DNA of 64,000 bases from Gammaproteobacteria bacterium. Lineage in GTDB: Bacteria; Pseudomonadota; Gammaproteobacteria; Burkholderiales; SG8-41. Below, piece after piece: positions 17,457 to 30,582 of the stretch. Every line of letters begins with the position of its first letter. Positions within the stretch are counted from its first letter, which is position 1. The position numbers were made by a program, and so were the translations under genes. Under the pieces are notes generated by a model, which worked only from the letters and a program-made list of their open reading frames with translations, searched no databases and was not told where the DNA came from. The DNA is taken from assembly GCA_041483135.1 (NCBI GenBank), contig JBGPFE010000009.1, forward strand, positions 54,629 to 118,628. The letters are read 5' to 3'.

Positions 17457-20400
17457 AACCCAGTTTCACCAGCCCATCCTGCAATCCGGCGAGCGGCTGC
17501 AGGGTCTGCGGCGCGGAACCGAATTGCGCACTTGCCAATATGCTTTGCGCAGCATTAGTGGCAATGCCCGATAACGTTCCGTTCAACCCAAAGCGATACG
17601 CGAGATCGCCGCCGATAGCTTCAGTATCGCTGCCCGCGAGATGCGCATCGAGCAACGCGTTCATTACCGACCAGTGATTGGCATTGCTTGACGAAGCCGC
17701 CCGCGCCTGGTCGAATTTCTGCACGATCTTGCTGAAGTCGAACAGCTCGACTTTGTTGTCGCGCAACGTATCGGGGCCGCCCGGCGCGAAATCGCTCATC
17801 GCCTCGGCGATCACCTGCAGATTGAGCACGCTGCGGTTGTTCGCGTTCGCGTACCAATCCTTGAGCGTGACGTCTTCGTTGATCGCGGTCTGAAGCACAA
17901 GGCTGTTGCCCTGCTTGCTCAGGAACAGGTCGGCGTAGCGGATGCCGCCGCCGAGCGAGACCGTGTTGTCCTGCCCTGTGCTCGCCGCGACCGTGTCGTG
18001 GCCGTCGCCATGGTTGAACGCGATTACATCGGCGCCCGCGCCGGTCGTGATCGTGTCGTTGCCGGCTCCGCCAATGAACATCTCGTTGCCGGCGCCACCG
18101 GTCAGCGTGTCGTTGCCGTCTTTCGCGTAGAGCAGGTTGTTGCCGAATGCATCGGTCAATGTATCGTTGCCGTCATCGCCTTCGAGCAGGTCGTTGCCAC
18201 GGTCGCCGTTAAGCGCATCGTTGCCGCCGCCGCCGGCAAGGAAATCGTTACCGGCGCCGCCGAACAAGTCGTCGTTACCAAACCCGCCGAGCAGCACGTC
18301 ATCGCCGCTCGAAGCCCACAGCGCATCGTTGCCGTCGCCGCCGTCGAGCGTAACGTCACCGTAGGCGTAGTCCTGACTCGTCAGATCGATCACATCGTTG
18401 CCGGCGCCGCCTTCGATGCGCTCGATGCCGGAAATCCGCGGCACGCGGGTGCCGCCGGGGAATGCGCTGTAGCTATCGTCCAGCGCCAATACGTCATCGC
18501 CGCTCGTGCCGGTGAGCGTATCGTTGCCGCTGCCGCCATTGAATACATCGAACGAACGGTTCTTGCCGGCGATCACCGCGGTTTTATTGGTACTCGGATT
18601 TCCCGGGCTGCCGTCGTTGCGCGCGACAAACCCGCCATTCCATTTGCCGTCCGCATAGTAGATAAACCCATCGTCGCCGCCATTGCCGTTCAGCAGGTCC
18701 GTATTGCCAAGCCCATTCAGCGTGTCGTTGCCGGGCCCGCCGTTCAGCACATCGGGGTTCGGCGTGCCGACGAGGTTCAGGCCGCTACCCGTGCCGACCG
18801 TGACGTTGAATACATCGGATGCGCTCAGGCTGCCGCTATCAGTTGCGCCGACCTTGATCGATAACACCCCCGCGTCGGCGGCTGCCGGTGTACCGCTGAA
18901 GGTACGGGATGCAGCGTTAAATGCCAGCCACGACGGCAGCGGCGAGCCATCGGCCGACTGCGCGCTGTAGCTGAGCGTGTCGCCAATGTCGACGTCGGTA
19001 AACGTGTTGGCTGCGAACTGGAAGGCGAATGACGATCCCGCCGTGGCCGTCTGGTCCGCGATGGCATTCGAGAGCACCGGCGCATCGTTGGTGTTGGCGA
19101 CGCTGATATCGAAGGTATCGAACACCGAGGCGCCCGCAGTATCGGTCGCGGTGACCTTGATGCTGACGGCGCCAACGTCCGCATTCAGTGGCGTGCCGGT
19201 AAAAATGCGGGTTGCGGCATTGAACGTCAACCATGACGGCAGCGCACTGCCGTTGGCGCGCATGGCCGTATAGCCGAGTGTGTCGCCCACGTCCACGTCC
19301 GCGAACGTGTTGTCCGGAATCGTGAAACTGAATGCCGCGTCCTCGGTTGCTGCCTGGTCTGCAATAGCAGTGGCCAAAATCGGCGCATCGTTCGAATTGG
19401 CGACCGCCACGTCAAAAGTATCGAACGCGGAGGCGCCTGCCGTATCGGTTGCGGTCACCTTGACGCTTACCGTCCCGACGTCGGGATTCAACGGCGTGCC
19501 GGTAAAAGTATGGGTTGCGGCATTGAACGTCAGCCACGACGGCAGCGCACTGCCGTCTGCACGGTCGGCACCGTATGTCAGCGTGTCTCCCACATCAATA
19601 TCGGCGAACGTATTGGCTGGCAGCGTAAAGCTGAACACGCTGTCCTCGGTCGCCGCCTGATCCTCAATTGCGGTAGCCAGCATCGGCGCGTCGTTGGTGT
19701 TGGCTATCGTCACGTCAAACGTGTCGAACGCCGACGCGCCAGCTATGTCGGTTGCCGTGACCTTGATGCTCGCCGTGCCGACATCGGCGTTCAGCGGCGT
19801 TCCTGAGAACGTGCGCGTCGCTGCGTCGAACCCGAGCCAGTCCGGCAATGCCGATCCATCCACCGCCACCGCGCTGTAAGTCAAGGTATCGCCAACATCT
19901 ACATCGCTGAACGTGTTGGCAGGCAGCGTGAAGCTGAATGCGCTGTCCTCGCTTGCCACCTGATCCGCCATCGCATTGGCGAGAATTGGCGCGTTGTTGG
20001 TGTTGATGACTGTTAAATCGAACATATCAGTAGCGTTGAGGCTGCCTCCATCAGTCGCCGTGAGTTTGACACTGAACGTGCCGACGTCGTTGTTACCAGG
20101 CGTGCCGGTAAACGTTTCTGTCTCTGGATTAAACGCAAGCCATGCCGGGAGCGTTGAATCGTCGCTGAGCGAAACGGACAGCGTAAGCGTGTCACCAGCA
20201 TCCACGTCGGTAAACGTACCGACAGGCACAGTGAAATTGAATTGTGCATCCTCCAGCGCGCTCTGGTCGGAAACTGGGTTCGCCAACACCGGTTGGTGAT
20301 TTAAGGCAGTGCTGGTCACTGTTAGCTGGAACGTATCGGGTATCACGTACGTCCCAATGCTGGCGCCCGATACCTTCTCAGCAGCAGTAACCTTGACATC

Positions 20401-23400
20401 GATCGTACCGACATCCGTGCTGCCGGGCGTGCCGCCGAACGTCCGAGAATTACCGTCGAAGGTCAACCAACCGGGAAGCGCGCTACCGTCGGTCAGGCTG
20501 GCGGCATAGGCGTAGTCATGGCTGGAATCGAGGACATCAAAAAATGCGGTTGTCGAAAACTGTAGATTGAATGCGCTGCCTTGTGCGACGGTTTGATTAC
20601 CGATAGGGTCGGGTAGTGTGTGCAAGACGCCGGATGCGGCGCCGTTTGCCAATTGCTCGAGAGTTGTCGAATCCCAATACGAATGATCGGCAAATTGAAC
20701 ACGCTCTACGGCATAGCCAGAAAGCGGAAACCAGCGAATTGCCAGTTGGTCCTGAGTACCGTTGATTCCTATGTATATGTTGTCGTCGTCCCGCGTGATA
20801 GCCAGATCGGTTGAGGAGATGCCATCGCCCAACGCAATCTTGTCGAAATTCCCAAGATTCAGATCAAAATCGATAATAGAATCCTGGCCTGACCCGCGAC
20901 CGAATACATACGTGTCATTGCCCGCGTTCCCGCTTAACTTGTCGTTGCCGGCTCCACCATCCAGCACATCGTTCCCGTCCCATCCAAACAAGCTATCGTC
21001 GCCGCCGGATCCATTGACAATATCGTTACTGAATGTTCCGTAAAAGACATCAGAGCCGCTTGTAGGCAGAAACGCCTTGGCGTACAGATTATTGACTTGC
21101 CAGACTGTCCCGTCGCTGAATCGGACCTGCTCGACGTTATCTCCCTCGAAATCATTCAATGAAACTGAGAACCAGTGATCCAATATGACCTGATCGCTCG
21201 TGCCGCTGAGTGTAAGGAACAGCCGTCCCGCATTTGTCGAGGGCGGGTCGGCGGAAACAATGATATCTGCCGGTGCGATAGTAGCGCCGAACTCAATCGT
21301 GTCGACGCCTCCTGAACTATCACCCCTGTCGGAAGTAAAGCTGCGCGCGGTAAGGCCTGAAGGCGGTGCTTCGACGACCAGATCGTTCCCGAATCCGCGA
21401 TCGAAGCGGTAGACATCGTCGCCGAGGCCGCCATAGAGATCGTCGTTGCCGGGACCGCCTATCAAAATATCGTTGCCATCTCCCCCGTACAGGAAGTCAA
21501 CTCCATTCCCACCGGCAACGATATCGTTGCCCGCATCGGCAGCAATGCGATCGTTGCCGTCGTCCCCGGATAAATTGTCGTCACCATCACGGCCAGAAAT
21601 GTAGTCGTTTCCTGCGAGTCCCGCGATGACATCAGAGCTCGTAGTTCCGGAGAGAAAATCATTGCTAGCGCTGCCGATAGTATTCATGCGATTGGCCAGA
21701 TCGCTGAAGGACCAGCTAGTCCCGTCGCTGAATTGGACTGACGCTGGAATTGCAATGCTCGAAAGTCCACCCAGCGATGCGAGCCCGTTCTTGATCGTGA
21801 TCCGATCGGCGCCGGCCCCCACGATAATATTCAGATCGCCACTAGCGAAGCTATTGAATGTCGAAGTGATCGTTGCGGTCAGTTGGACATCTGCCGGAAG
21901 GATTCCGGTACCGAAAAAGATGCTGTTAGAACTGGCGGCGGTGCCGGTGCCACTACTATCCTGGTAGGTGTCCTGGCCGAAGCCGGGATTAAATATGTAG
22001 CGGTCATCACCGTCTCCGCCACGTAGCGTGTCATTGCCTGAGTTGCCCGTAATTGTGTCGTTGCCCGAGGCACCGGTTATTGTGTCATTGCCTGCCAGCC
22101 CGTCAATGACGGCATCCTTAAATGACGACGTAGTGGAAGCATTTATCGTGTCATTCCCGTTCGTTCCCGTGATGTAGTTTCTGTAATAGTCGGCAAGGTC
22201 CCACACTGTTCCATCGGAGAATTCAGCTCGCTCAACCCGATTTGCGCCAGGACTCGCAACCAGGGAAAGACGGTCGCTGCTACCGGCAAGATTGAAAAAA
22301 ACATGCGAGGCATCACCACTAACCGATATATCTTGCGGCCGAACACCCGCTGCGAAACGGATGGTATCTGTGTCGGTGAAGAATACCCCTTGACTGTACA
22401 GTTCATCTATTGTGTCGCGCCCCGAACCGTACCCAAATAAATAAATGTCATCGCCCTGCTCTCCCCAGAGCGTATCATCACCGGCTCCGCCATCGATTAT
22501 GTCGTTCCCGTCGCCGGCAAAACACTGATCGTTGCCGGCCTCGCCAAACAGAACATCATCCCCGGCCTCGCCCGTAAGCATATCGTTGCCGCTGCCACCG
22601 CTCAGTGTGTCATCACCATCCCCGCCATATAACCGGTCAATACCCGAGCCCGCCGCAAGTACATCGTTACCGTCGTTTCCCTGAATCGTGTAATCGCCGC
22701 CATCGACAGTGATCGAGTCGTCCGTTGATAGCCCATATAGATAGGTCCGGCCACTGATAATCAAAGGTCCGCTTGCTTGACGAATGTAATCCAGATCCCA
22801 TACCGTTCCATCGCTGAAATCCAAGGTGAAGCCGTCATCGCCGCGAAAGAGCGCGTCATACAGCATGATCTGATCTGTTGTGCCTTGGTGGTACAACGTG
22901 ATGACTTGATTGACGTCCGGGGCCCCGACAATAATATCGGCGGGCGCAATCCCGGCACCAAACACCAGCTTGTCCTGCCCTAACCCGCCGCCGAAATAAT
23001 CGTCGCTAATAATATCCTGCCCCCAACCCGCCTCGAAGAGCATTGTAGTGACCCCCGCGGCACCGCTGAGGAAGTCATTCCCCGCGCCGCCTTCGAGATA
23101 GTCATCTCCTGCACCGCCGATGAGAGTATCGTCGCCGCCGTCACCGTAGAGCAGATCATTCCCGTCGCCGCCTTTGAGCGTGTCGTTTGCGCTGCCTCCA
23201 AATAGTGTGTCATTCCCAGCTTGCCCGAGCAGCCGATTACTTTTGCTATCGACGGCAAGCACATCATCGGACGGTGTTCCCGAAATCGCTCCTCCGGATT
23301 CCAGCAATGCGTATTCGAGACGTTGTGCCACATCGTCTGGCGTGAGAACTGTGCCGTCGGCAAATACGAACCGCGAGATAGAAACATTCTTTGAAAATGT

Positions 23401-26400
23401 CGGATCGAACCACGACGTGATATTCAGTTCGTCATCAGTGCCGCGTATCCTGATACGTAATGAATAAGGGTCCACATTGGAATCGGACGTAGTCAATTCA
23501 TTACGCGTGAACATCACGTCATCAGGAGACACGCCAGTTTTGAAAATTACGGCGTCTTTCGTATAGTTCACACCGTTCGAAGTGCTGTCGATAACATCAT
23601 GGCCTGAACCCAACCCAAAGAGATACGTATTGGCGCCGGTGAAGCCGACTAACTTGTCGTCGCCTGGTCCGCCATCCAGGATATCGTCGCCACGGTCACC
23701 TTTGAGCGTGTCATTGCCGTTGCCGCCAAGAAGAAAGTCATCACCGATCCCGCCCACGAGTGTGTCGTTACCATCACCACCTTTGACTACATCGTTACCG
23801 CCGTTGCCGAAAATACTGTCATCCCCTCCCCCGCCATCCAGTCGGTCATCGCCCGCCTGCCCTATCATGAAGTCGGTGCCGCTGGTCGCGTTTTGCGCGG
23901 CAAACCACTTTTGCGTCAGGACTTGCTCGTTCCAGACCGTCCCGTCGGCGAAACGGACTTCCCTGATTGAATAGATCGGTGTGGCTACACGGGGCGGCGT
24001 TTCGATTTCGCCATACCAACTGAGAATCTTCAGCTGATCTGCGCCGCCGTTGAGTGAAAGAATCAGATTGTCCCGACCAGTAGCTGAATACGAGGGATCG
24101 ACGTCAGTAATAACAGTGACATCCGACGGTTGAACGCCCGGCAGCATCTGCACCACATTTCGTATAGTCCCGTAACCCGCGTTGCCGGATCCAGTGCTGA
24201 AATAGTCAAAAACCTGAACGGTGTCATGACCATAACCGTTGCCGAAAACTATCGTGTCGTTACCTCGGGAGCCGGAACTCACACCATCAAAAATGGTGTC
24301 GTCTCCGGGGCCACCGTCATGGGTATCTGCCCCCGGCGAACCGTTCAACTGGTCGTTGCCGTCACCGCCGCGAAGTGTACCCGTGCCGAAAAGTCGGTCG
24401 TCGCCATCGCCGCCCAGCAAAACGTTGATGCCTTGCAAATCGCTCAGGAGATCGTTTCCAGGCCCGCCATCCAGCGTGTCATTGCCGGTACTGTCGGAAA
24501 GGGTATCGTCGCCGCCCATGCCGGACAGAACGTTGTCGCTTGCATTGCCGCTGATAGTGTTATTTACCGCGTTGCCGGTGCCGACGCGCGCCGTGCCTGT
24601 AAGCGTCAATTTCTCAATTTCTCCCGACAATACATAATCACTGCTCGCTTGCACCTCATCGGTGCCCTCGCCTGGCAGTTCGGTCGCTACGTCGCTAGGA
24701 TTGTCGACTTTATAGATATCATTGCCGGGTCCGCCCACCATGGTGTCGATACCCGTTCCCCCGTCGAGAGTATCGTTCCCGCCTTGTCCTTCGAGTATGT
24801 CGTCGCCGGCCCCACCGGTAAGCGTATTCGGGTTCGCATTCCCGATGATGTGATTATTGTCAGCGCCGCCGCTCCCTGCCGTTGCCGACCCCGTAAGAAT
24901 CAAATCTTCGACGTTGGCCGACAACGCGAAGCTAACGCCGGCTTGTACGGTGTCATGACCTTCGTTCGCATTTTCGATTACGGTGTCGAAACCATTGTCG
25001 ACGATGTAATAATCATCGCCTCGACCTCCGCGCATCTGATCGAATCCGGTCCCGCCATCGAGCCGATCGTTGCCGTCCAGACCGTTCAGGATATCGTTCC
25101 CACCGAGACCCTCGATTTGATCGTCAGCTGGCGAACCCGTTAGCGTGTCATTGCCCGCCGTACCCTGGACGACTGTCAGCGCCTGGGCCAATAACGCGCT
25201 TCCGCTTAGCGTTGTCCCATCGGCAAACTCGTAGCTCTCGATTTGGATGCCGTCGGAAATATACAAACTATCACTGGTGCCGTAAGAAACCCTAAGCCAG
25301 GTTGCCCCTAATCCTTTTGTGGCGACAAGAGAGTTTGCAGTAATTCCCGGGCCAAAAACAACGCGGTCATTGCCGCCTGCGTCATCGGTGAGTTGGTCAT
25401 TGCCATCCCCGCTATTGAACAAGTAGGTATCGTCGCCGCTCTCCCCAATCAAAACATCATTGCCCGTACCGCCGATGAGCGTGTCATCGCCGGCTCGCGA
25501 CTGAATGAAGTCATTGCCGCCTTTGGCGTCTATGAAATCGGGATCGTTGACGCCGAACAGCACATCATCGTTACTGGTGCCGACGACGTTAAATCCAAGA
25601 CTCAGCAATTCTTCGTAATCAAGGCGCGTGCCGTCGACGAATTCGAAGAACTCTATCGTGTGTGGTCCGTGGACATCGTTTGGATCGACAGTTTCAAGAT
25701 GAATGGCATCGCCCTGATCGCCGACGTGGATGAGCAGCGACCCCCCTCCCAGCGACAGAGAATCCGGTGTAATGCCCTCTCCGAAAATCAGCGTATTGGG
25801 CGCACCGGAAGTGGACATGTCAGTAATGTGATCGACACCGTCGCCCAGATTGAACAGGTAGGTGTCGTTGCCGTCGCCACCGGTCAGCGTGTCGTTGCCG
25901 CGGCCTCCCGAGAACGTATCGTTGCCGCCGTTGCCGGTGAGCGTGTCGTCGGCCGTGCCGCCCATCAGATTGTCATCGCCAGCGGTGCCGGACAGATTCT
26001 GTGGCGTGATCAGGGTGTGGCCGAGGAACTGCGCCCAGGTCTCGACACTGCCGTCGGCGTATTCGACCGACTCGATGTTGCCCTGCAAGCCATCCTTGAC
26101 CGCGATGGTGTCGGTCGCAGTATATTGAATGCCTAAATACTGCGGATTTTCTTCTGGAACGAACGTGATAATGCTGGATGCCGATATGCCATCGCCGAAT
26201 TTGATGCGATCGACACCCCCCTCGTCTTCCAGCGTGTCGTTGCCATCACTCGCGTTGAAGCTATAGACATCGTCGCCAACTCCGCCCAACAGCGCATCGT
26301 TGCCGGAGTCACCCGCAAGCTGGTCGTTGCCATCTCCACCTTCGAGCTGATCGTCTCCTGTCCCTCCGAATAAAGTATCGTTGCCGCCGAATCCCTGGAG

Positions 26401-29400
26401 TACGTCGTTGCCCGCTTCCCCATCGAGGTAGTCGTCACCCTGGTAGGCAACCGGGATGTTGTCGCCGTCCCCGGCCATCTGGTCATCGCCATCACCACCG
26501 AAGAGGGTGTCGCTGCCGCCCTGACCGAGCAGGATGTCGTTGCCCGTGCCGCCATCGAGATAATCGTCACCGTGAAATTGGGCGTCGAGCAAATTACTGT
26601 CACCAGACAGCTGATCGTTGCCGTCGCCGCCGAAGAGGGTATCGTCGCCGCCGTCGCCGAAGAGCTTGTCGTCCCCCGCTTCGCCGTCGAGATAATCGTC
26701 GCCGTGAAATTGCTGGGCGAGCAGATCGTGGTCCCCGGAAAGCTCGTCGTTGCCGTCGCCACCGAACAATGTGTCCGACCCGCCCTGGCCGAACAGAAGA
26801 TCATCGCCGCCTTCGCCGTTGAGATAGTCCGCGCCGTCCGCCTGTGGATCGGAGTAGACAGCGCTGCTGACATCGTACGTCGCGGTGTCGCCGAGCAAGA
26901 CATCGTTGCCATCGCCGCCGAACAGCGTGTCGGCATCTTCCTGACCGACGAGCCGGTCGACGCCATCGCCGCCCAGCAGCAGATCGTCACCGGCGCCGGC
27001 CCAGATCACATCATCGCCGGCTCCGCCATCCAGCACATCGCTTTCATCCCCCGCCGCGCGCGGATCGCCGCCAAAGCCCGTGAACGAATAGAGCGGCGCA
27101 TCCGGCGTGCCCGATTGGATCACCGTCCAGCCCTGGCCTTCAGCTACGACGTTCCCGGTGTGGATGCCGCCAACGCCAACGGCAGTGTACCCATCCCCCC
27201 CAAACAGAAAATCGTTGCCGTCGCCGCCATTGATTACGTCGGAACCGGCGCCGCCAGCGGCAACATCGTTGCCTTCGTCACCGGTCAGGTAGTCATCATC
27301 TGCGCCACCTTGCAGCGCATCATTGTCGAGACCGCCATAGAGCTCGTCGTTGCCGCCGGAGGCGATCAGGATGTCGTTGCCTTCTTCGCCATATAGGTAT
27401 TGGTCACCATCATCGTTGGTGATGATGTCGTCGCCAAGTCCACCCCAGCCTTCGGCCTGCGCAAGGCTTACGCTGATGCGATCATTGCCACCAAAGCCGA
27501 ATATTTTTTGCAGGAATGAGGTGCTGGTAAGAGTGTCCGCGCCTTCCGTGCCGTCAAGTTCCGTTTTTTGAAGGGGATCGGGAAACAAAAGATGGATGCC
27601 GAGTTCGCCATCATGAAAATTCTGAACTACAACTTTTTCCGGGCTGCCGTCCTTGGTGATCGTCAATATTCCAGGGGAGTTTACTTTGCCCGTAAATTGA
27701 TACTGAAATCCGTTGCTATCCTGAAACTTCTTCGGGTCGTCGCCGGGCACCGCACTCTTGTCTCCGGTCAAGTCCTGGCCCTCAACAACGATCTTGCCCT
27801 GACCATCCCCCGCGCTCTGAGAGTTCAGCAATCCGGCGTAATCGATAATTTCATCGCTGTCCGAGCTGCGCTCGACAATATAAGTATCGAAGCCGCTGCC
27901 GCCCCGTATTACATCCTTACCCGATCCACCAGTGAGCGTGTCGTCACCCGCGCCGCCATCCAGGGTGTCGAAGCCACGCCCACCCACCAGCGTGTCAGAG
28001 CCGGTGCCTCCCGATATCGAGTCATAACCGTCATCGCCCTCGATGTAATCGTCACCGAATCCACCGCTGATCGTGTCTCCACCTCCGCCACCATACATGT
28101 GGTCATTCGCAATTCCACCGTTGATCGTTTCAGCGTTATCGCTACCAAAGATGAAACGATCGACTCCGATATTAGGACCGAAGGTGATTTTTCGTGGTAT
28201 GTCCTCAAAGTGAGCCTGGACTTGCGCTGAAAGCGCTCCGTCTACGCGGTTATAGCGAATATAGTTTGCCAACATCGTGGCTCGATCTTCGAGCCATTTA
28301 TCTGTAAGAGTGCCGCTGTCGTTGTTTACATCGTAAAGATTAAGTTCACCGCTCGCGTTGTGCTGCGTATAGATCGTGTTGTCGCCAACAATGGCAAATG
28401 GGTTAAGTTCCCTGAGCGCATAGCGGTACCCAAGCGCTTCCGAGCCTTGGGCGATATTGGAAAGATCGGTGGCATTGGTGCCAACAAGACTATCCAAGAA
28501 CAACGACGGGTTGGCTTTAACTAGATTTTCTAGCTCAAGCAATTTGTCAAAATATTTCCTGCGACCATTAATGTCGCCAGCACCGATTCCAGACAAACTA
28601 GATGCGTCTACCAACGGTAAGTCGGTTAAGCCTGTTGTCCGGTTTCCGAAGACTTTGTAGAGCGCATCAACCAGCTTTTCCTGGGTATCCTTGGCCTGGC
28701 GCGAGGCCGCCTCGAAAAGCGCGGTCATGTCTGAAAGTCCAAGCGCGTTGTTCATCCGGTACAACAGCGCTTGCAGCGCGAGGCTGTCCATAAACGGTTC
28801 AATCAGGTGGCTGTTGGCCTCGGTTGCAACCGGCTGCCGTGGACTTAAAGCTGTATCGTTGGTAATAACGCTTGATACTATGTTTATATCATCTCCGGGC
28901 GCCTCATCCTCGCTCTCGAAGTTGTGAATCGGAAGTCCATCAAACGTTGACGTTGGCGGCGTACCCAGGAAACGCCCGAAAAGGTCCACCAACTCATCGG
29001 TAAGTTTAAACGGTGCTGTGCCAATGGCAGTCGCAATCCCAGCAACGGGACTGCGGGAAAGAACTCCCACAAGGGTTCCCAGAATGACACTCGAATATTC
29101 TGGGTCAAACCCGGGAGCGTTGTATGTGTAAGCATCCTTCACTAAATCTGGAAACAATCTCGCGGCGAGTGCCGCGAGGTGTCCGCCCAAGCTGTGCCCA
29201 GTGACAACGATTTGTTCTCCAGAACCAATAAGATTCAACCCTTGCCCGGTGAAGTTTGGAGTGAAATACAAATACGCTGCACCGCCTCGCAATGGAATGC
29301 TCGGTAGGATGGAAGGTTGGGTTGTAGATACATTCCATTGAAGCTGAAGAACGTCCGTCTTAGTCTCAGGTGCTCGTAACCGCAAAATGAAATTGACCAT

Positions 29401-29823
29401 CGATACCGCTTGCGATAGCGCAAGACCGATGAAGCCTATCTGAGCGAGATCAGCAGCAAATAGGTCGAGCCCCAGTTGGGTCGTCGGTTCGGTTCCTCGA
29501 AATGCAAGCACTTTTTCACTCGTTCCACCAGATTGACGTTGGAAAAGGATTGCAGCAAAACCAGTTCCGTCATTTCCGTAGTAACCATTACGATTAGGGC
29601 CGAAGTCTGGGATGGCCCAGACGGGCTGGCTGCTGGCTTTGGCTTGGTCGGAGTCCTTGTCGAATGTCTGGTTCGCTAGCGCTGATGGAATGCGTTTCTG
29701 ATCGTCTGCATTTGCAAGCCTAGCAACTGTCGCGCCATCGAGAGGTTGTCCATCCAGAATCACGTAGGCAGCGGTGGCGAGCTTGGAAAACTCGTAGTAA
29801 TCAAGAATATTGGGCATGGCCAT
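17455..29823 (-). CDS. Giant (4122 aa) T1SS-type protein: N-terminal class-3-lipase-like alpha/beta hydrolase, RTX blocks, haemolysin-type Ca-binding-related modules, six cadherin-like repeats
   Basis: GHSLG nucleophile elbow (Ser211, nt 29191-29193) followed by YTYNAPGF. Many GGxGxD runs. About 11 modules of type Y.F..G.G.D.I.D......I.F..GI...D. Repeats NDAP(I/V)L...D.D.GDTL.Y......LP.WL.F....TF.GTP. No signal peptide. The likely true start is the second ATG (29817), 6 nt after AGGAGG. Confidence 0.93.
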   Translation of the reverse strand: MAMPNILDYYEFSKLATAAYVILDGQPLDGATVARLANADDQKRIPSALANQTFDKDSDQAKASSQPVWAIPDFGPNRNGYYGNDGTGFAAILFQRQSGGTSEKVLAFRGTEPTTQLGLDLFAADLAQIGFIGLALSQAVSMVNFILRLRAPETKTDVLQLQWNVSTTQPSILPSIPLRGGAAYLYFTPNFTGQGLNLIGSGEQIVVTGHSLGGHLAALAARLFPDLVKDAYTYNAPGFDPEYSSVILGTLVGVLSRSPVAGIATAIGTAPFKLTDELVDLFGRFLGTPPTSTFDGLPIHNFESEDEAPGDDINIVSSVITNDTALSPRQPVATEANSHLIEPFMDSLALQALLYRMNNALGLSDMTALFEAASRQAKDTQEKLVDALYKVFGNRTTGLTDLPLVDASSLSGIGAGDINGRRKYFDKLLELENLVKANPSLFLDSLVGTNATDLSNIAQGSEALGYRYALRELNPFAIVGDNTIYTQHNASGELNLYDVNNDSGTLTDKWLEDRATMLANYIRYNRVDGALSAQVQAHFEDIPRKITFGPNIGVDRFIFGSDNAETINGGIANDHMYGGGGGDTISGGFGDDYIEGDDGYDSISGGTGSDTLVGGRGFDTLDGGAGDDTLTGGSGKDVIRGGSGFDTYIVERSSDSDEIIDYAGLLNSQSAGDGQGKIVVEGQDLTGDKSAVPGDDPKKFQDSNGFQYQFTGKVNSPGILTITKDGSPEKVVVQNFHDGELGIHLLFPDPLQKTELDGTEGADTLTSTSFLQKIFGFGGNDRISVSLAQAEGWGGLGDDIITNDDGDQYLYGEEGNDILIASGGNDELYGGLDNDALQGGADDDYLTGDEGNDVAAGGAGSDVINGGDGNDFLFGGDGYTAVGVGGIHTGNVVAEGQGWTVIQSGTPDAPLYSFTGFGGDPRAAGDESDVLDGGAGDDVIWAGAGDDLLLGGDGVDRLVGQEDADTLFGGDGNDVLLGDTATYDVSSAVYSDPQADGADYLNGEGGDDLLFGQGGSDTLFGGDGNDELSGDHDLLAQQFHGDDYLDGEAGDDKLFGDGGDDTLFGGDGNDQLSGDSNLLDAQFHGDDYLDGGTGNDILLGQGGSDTLFGGDGDDQMAGDGDNIPVAYQGDDYLDGEAGNDVLQGFGGNDTLFGGTGDDQLEGGDGNDQLAGDSGNDALLGGVGDDVYSFNASDGNDTLEDEGGVDRIKFGDGISASSIITFVPEENPQYLGIQYTATDTIAVKDGLQGNIESVEYADGSVETWAQFLGHTLITPQNLSGTAGDDNLMGGTADDTLTGNGGNDTFSGGRGNDTLTGGDGNDTYLFNLGDGVDHITDMSTSGAPNTLIFGEGITPDSLSLGGGSLLIHVGDQGDAIHLETVDPNDVHGPHTIEFFEFVDGTRLDYEELLSLGFNVVGTSNDDVLFGVNDPDFIDAKGGNDFIQSRAGDDTLIGGTGNDVLIGESGDDTYLFNSGDGNDQLTDDAGGNDRVVFGPGITANSLVATKGLGATWLRVSYGTSDSLYISDGIQIESYEFADGTTLSGSALLAQALTVVQGTAGNDTLTGSPADDQIEGLGGNDILNGLDGNDRLDGGTGFDQMRGGRGDDYYIVDNGFDTVIENANEGHDTVQAGVSFALSANVEDLILTGSATAGSGGADNNHIIGNANPNTLTGGAGDDILEGQGGNDTLDGGTGIDTMVGGPGNDIYKVDNPSDVATELPGEGTDEVQASSDYVLSGEIEKLTLTGTARVGTGNAVNNTISGNASDNVLSGMGGDDTLSDSTGNDTLDGGPGNDLLSDLQGINVLLGGDGDDRLFGTGTLRGGDGNDQLNGSPGADTHDGGPGDDTIFDGVSSGSRGNDTIVFGNGYGHDTVQVFDYFSTGSGNAGYGTIRNVVQMLPGVQPSDVTVITDVDPSYSATGRDNLILSLNGGADQLKILSWYGEIETPPRVATPIYSIREVRFADGTVWNEQVLTQKWFAAQNATSGTDFMIGQAGDDRLDGGGGDDSIFGNGGNDVVKGGDGNDTLVGGIGDDFLLGGNGNDTLKGDRGDDILDGGPGDDKLVGFTGANTYLFGLGSGHDVIDSTSNGVNYTKDAVIFKTGVSPDDVMFTRNELTTSDSNVDPYSLRIRIRGTDDELNITSWFDPTFSKNVSISRFVFADGTVLTPDDVAQRLEYALLESGGAISGTPSDDVLAVDSKSNRLLGQAGNDTLFGGSANDTLKGGDGNDLLYGDGGDDTLIGGAGDDYLEGGAGNDFLSGAAGVTTMLFEAGWGQDIISDDYFGGGLGQDKLVFGAGIAPADIIVGAPDVNQVITLYHQGTTDQIMLYDALFRGDDGFTLDFSDGTVWDLDYIRQASGPLIISGRTYLYGLSTDDSITVDGGDYTIQGNDGNDVLAAGSGIDRLYGGDGDDTLSGGSGNDMLTGEAGDDVLFGEAGNDQCFAGDGNDIIDGGAGDDTLWGEQGDDIYLFGYGSGRDTIDELYSQGVFFTDTDTIRFAAGVRPQDISVSGDASHVFFNLAGSSDRLSLVASPGANRVERAEFSDGTVWDLADYYRNYITGTNGNDTINASTTSSFKDAVIDGLAGNDTITGASGNDTITGNSGNDTLRGGDGDDRYIFNPGFGQDTYQDSSGTGTAASSNSIFFGTGILPADVQLTATITSTFNSFASGDLNIIVGAGADRITIKNGLASLGGLSSIAIPASVQFSDGTSWSFSDLANRMNTIGSASNDFLSGTTSSDVIAGLAGNDYISGRDGDDNLSGDDGNDRIAADAGNDIVAGGNGVDFLYGGDGNDILIGGPGNDDLYGGLGDDVYRFDRGFGNDLVVEAPPSGLTARSFTSDRGDSSGGVDTIEFGATIAPADIIVSADPPSTNAGRLFLTLSGTSDQVILDHWFSVSLNDFEGDNVEQVRFSDGTVWQVNNLYAKAFLPTSGSDVFYGTFSNDIVNGSGGDDSLFGWDGNDVLDGGAGNDKLSGNAGNDTYVFGRGSGQDSIIDFDLNLGNFDKIALGDGISSTDLAITRDDDNIYIGINGTQDQLAIRWFPLSGYAVERVQFADHSYWDSTTLEQLANGAASGVLHTLPDPIGNQTVAQGSAFNLQFSTTAFFDVLDSSHDYAYAASLTDGSALPGWLTFDGNSRTFGGTPGSTDVGTIDVKVTAAEKVSGASIGTYVIPDTFQLTVTSTALNHQPVLANPVSDQSALEDAQFNFTVPVGTFTDVDAGDTLTLSVSLSDDSTLPAWLAFNPETETFTGTPGNNDVGTFSVKLTATDGGSLNATDMFDLTVINTNNAPILANAMADQVASEDSAFSFTLPANTFSDVDVGDTLTYSAVAVDGSALPDWLGFDAATRTFSGTPLNADVGTASIKVTATDIAGASAFDTFDVTIANTNDAPMLATAIEDQAATEDSVFSFTLPANTFADIDVGDTLTYGADRADGSALPSWLTFNAATHTFTGTPLNPDVGTVSVKVTATDTAGASAFDTFDVAVANSNDAPILATAIADQAATEDAAFSFTIPDNTFADVDVGDTLGYTAMRANGSALPSWLTFNAATRIFTGTPLNADVGAVSIKVTATDTAGASVFDTFDISVANTNDAPVLSNAIADQTATAGSSFAFQFAANTFTDVDIGDTLSYSAQSADGSPLPSWLAFNAASRTFSGTPAAADAGVLSIKVGATDSGSLSASDVFNVTVGTGSGLNLVGTPNPDVLNGGPGNDTLNGLGNTDLLNGNGGDDGFIYYADGKWNGGFVARNDGSPGNPSTNKTAVIAGKNRSFDVFNGGSGNDTLTGTSGDDVLALDDSYSAFPGGTRVPRISGIERIEGGAGNDVIDLTSQDYAYGDVTLDGGDGNDALWASSGDDVLLGGFGNDDLFGGAGNDFLAGGGGNDALNGDRGNDLLEGDDGNDTLTDAFGNNLLYAKDGNDTLTGGAGNEMFIGGAGNDTITTGAGADVIAFNHGDGHDTVAASTGQDNTVSLGGGIRYADLFLSKQGNSLVLQTAINEDVTLKDWYANANNRSVLNLQVIAEAMSDFAPGGPDTLRDNKVELFDFSKIVQKFDQARAASSSNANHWSVMNALLDAHLAGSDTEAIGGDLAYRFGLNGTLSGIATNAAQSILASAQFGSAPQTLQPLAGLQDGLVKLG
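18790..20615 (-). repeat. Six tandem about 300-bp coding repeats (cadherin-like/dystroglycan-type domains)
   Basis: For example, attgaacgtca(a/g)cca(t/c)gacggcagcgcactgcc recurs at 19219 and 19519 (period 300). The protein repeats are about 100 aa each, and the first is divergent. Confidence 0.9.
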
Positions 29824-29827
29824 CCTC

Positions 29828-30556
29828 CTAACGTGGGCTAGCGGGTACTAATACATAGTGGTAAAGCAAATACCGAAGTTCAGGCGGCTTCGGTGCAGTT
29901 CCCTTGCAGGTAACCGCTCCACTCCCAAAAAATCGAACCCACAGACTTTCTACCCAACCCAGATAACGAGTGTAATGAATGTCACGGGCAATAACTTCAC
30001 CGGTCTGCGAATCAACTACGATGTCTTCTGTCTTCTCTAGTTTTAAGCCGACGGGTACCTCCTGACGTGGATCGGCAAACCTGTAGTGATACCTTGCCGT
30101 AGGATGGTCCAGGACGGTAATTCGCCATGTCCCGTCTGGATACTTTTCAAGGTGAGATATCTTTCCAGGCGCACTGCCAGATACACTCGTGTTCCTCTCC
30201 CTGAACCGGAATCCAGCTTTTTCATATTCGGCAACAAGCTGCTTATCCGTCACAATCTCCGCTTTGCTCCAGCCAGTAGTCGTGGCATCGTAATAGCCAT
30301 CCACCTCCACCTTGCGTGTAACATGCACCCCAGCGTCCTCGCAAAGCTTAGAGAACTGCCAAGCAATCCAGAACTCATCAGCATAGGGAAGGATCAACAG
30401 AATCAGCGCTAATGTACCGATCACCGATCCGCGCCACGGTTTTGCTGCCCATGCCAGCCACAACGGTCGCAATACGAATTTGTAGACAACAACCCATAAC
30501 GCTCCGGCAATGGCCAAGCCAATGGGATAGATTTGCAGAGCCTGCCAATAACTCAT
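29828..30556 (-). CDS. Hypothetical two-TM membrane protein
   Basis: 242 aa. TM helices [21 protein letters not shown] and [15 protein letters not shown], then a soluble domain of about 170 aa with no motif I recognise. Its TAG stop lies inside the RBS of the giant gene. Confidence 0.75.
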   Translation of the reverse strand: MSYWQALQIYPIGLAIAGALWVVVYKFVLRPLWLAWAAKPWRGSVIGTLALILLILPYADEFWIAWQFSKLCEDAGVHVTRKVEVDGYYDATTTGWSKAEIVTDKQLVAEYEKAGFRFRERNTSVSGSAPGKISHLEKYPDGTWRITVLDHPTARYHYRFADPRQEVPVGLKLEKTEDIVVDSQTGEVIARDIHYTRYLGWVESLWVRFFGSGAVTCKGTAPKPPELRYLLYHYVLVPASPR

Positions 30557-30582
30557 GGCTGTGCTCCCACATCGAGAGCTAT

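Noticed and set aside
17455-29823. Possible CRISPR or non-coding tandem array suggested by the many internal DNA repeats
   Set aside because: The repeats are in-frame coding repeats (RTX nonapeptides, about 300-bp cadherin-like units) within one uninterrupted ORF. There is no repeat-spacer structure and no cas genes are in the window.
29760-29823. LapA-type N-terminal retention module with LapG di-alanine site (LATAAYV at residues 16-22)
   Set aside because: No lapD or lapG genes are nearby, the exporter is HlyB/CLD type, and the N-terminus continues directly into a lipase-like fold. The TAAY match is too short to be meaningful.
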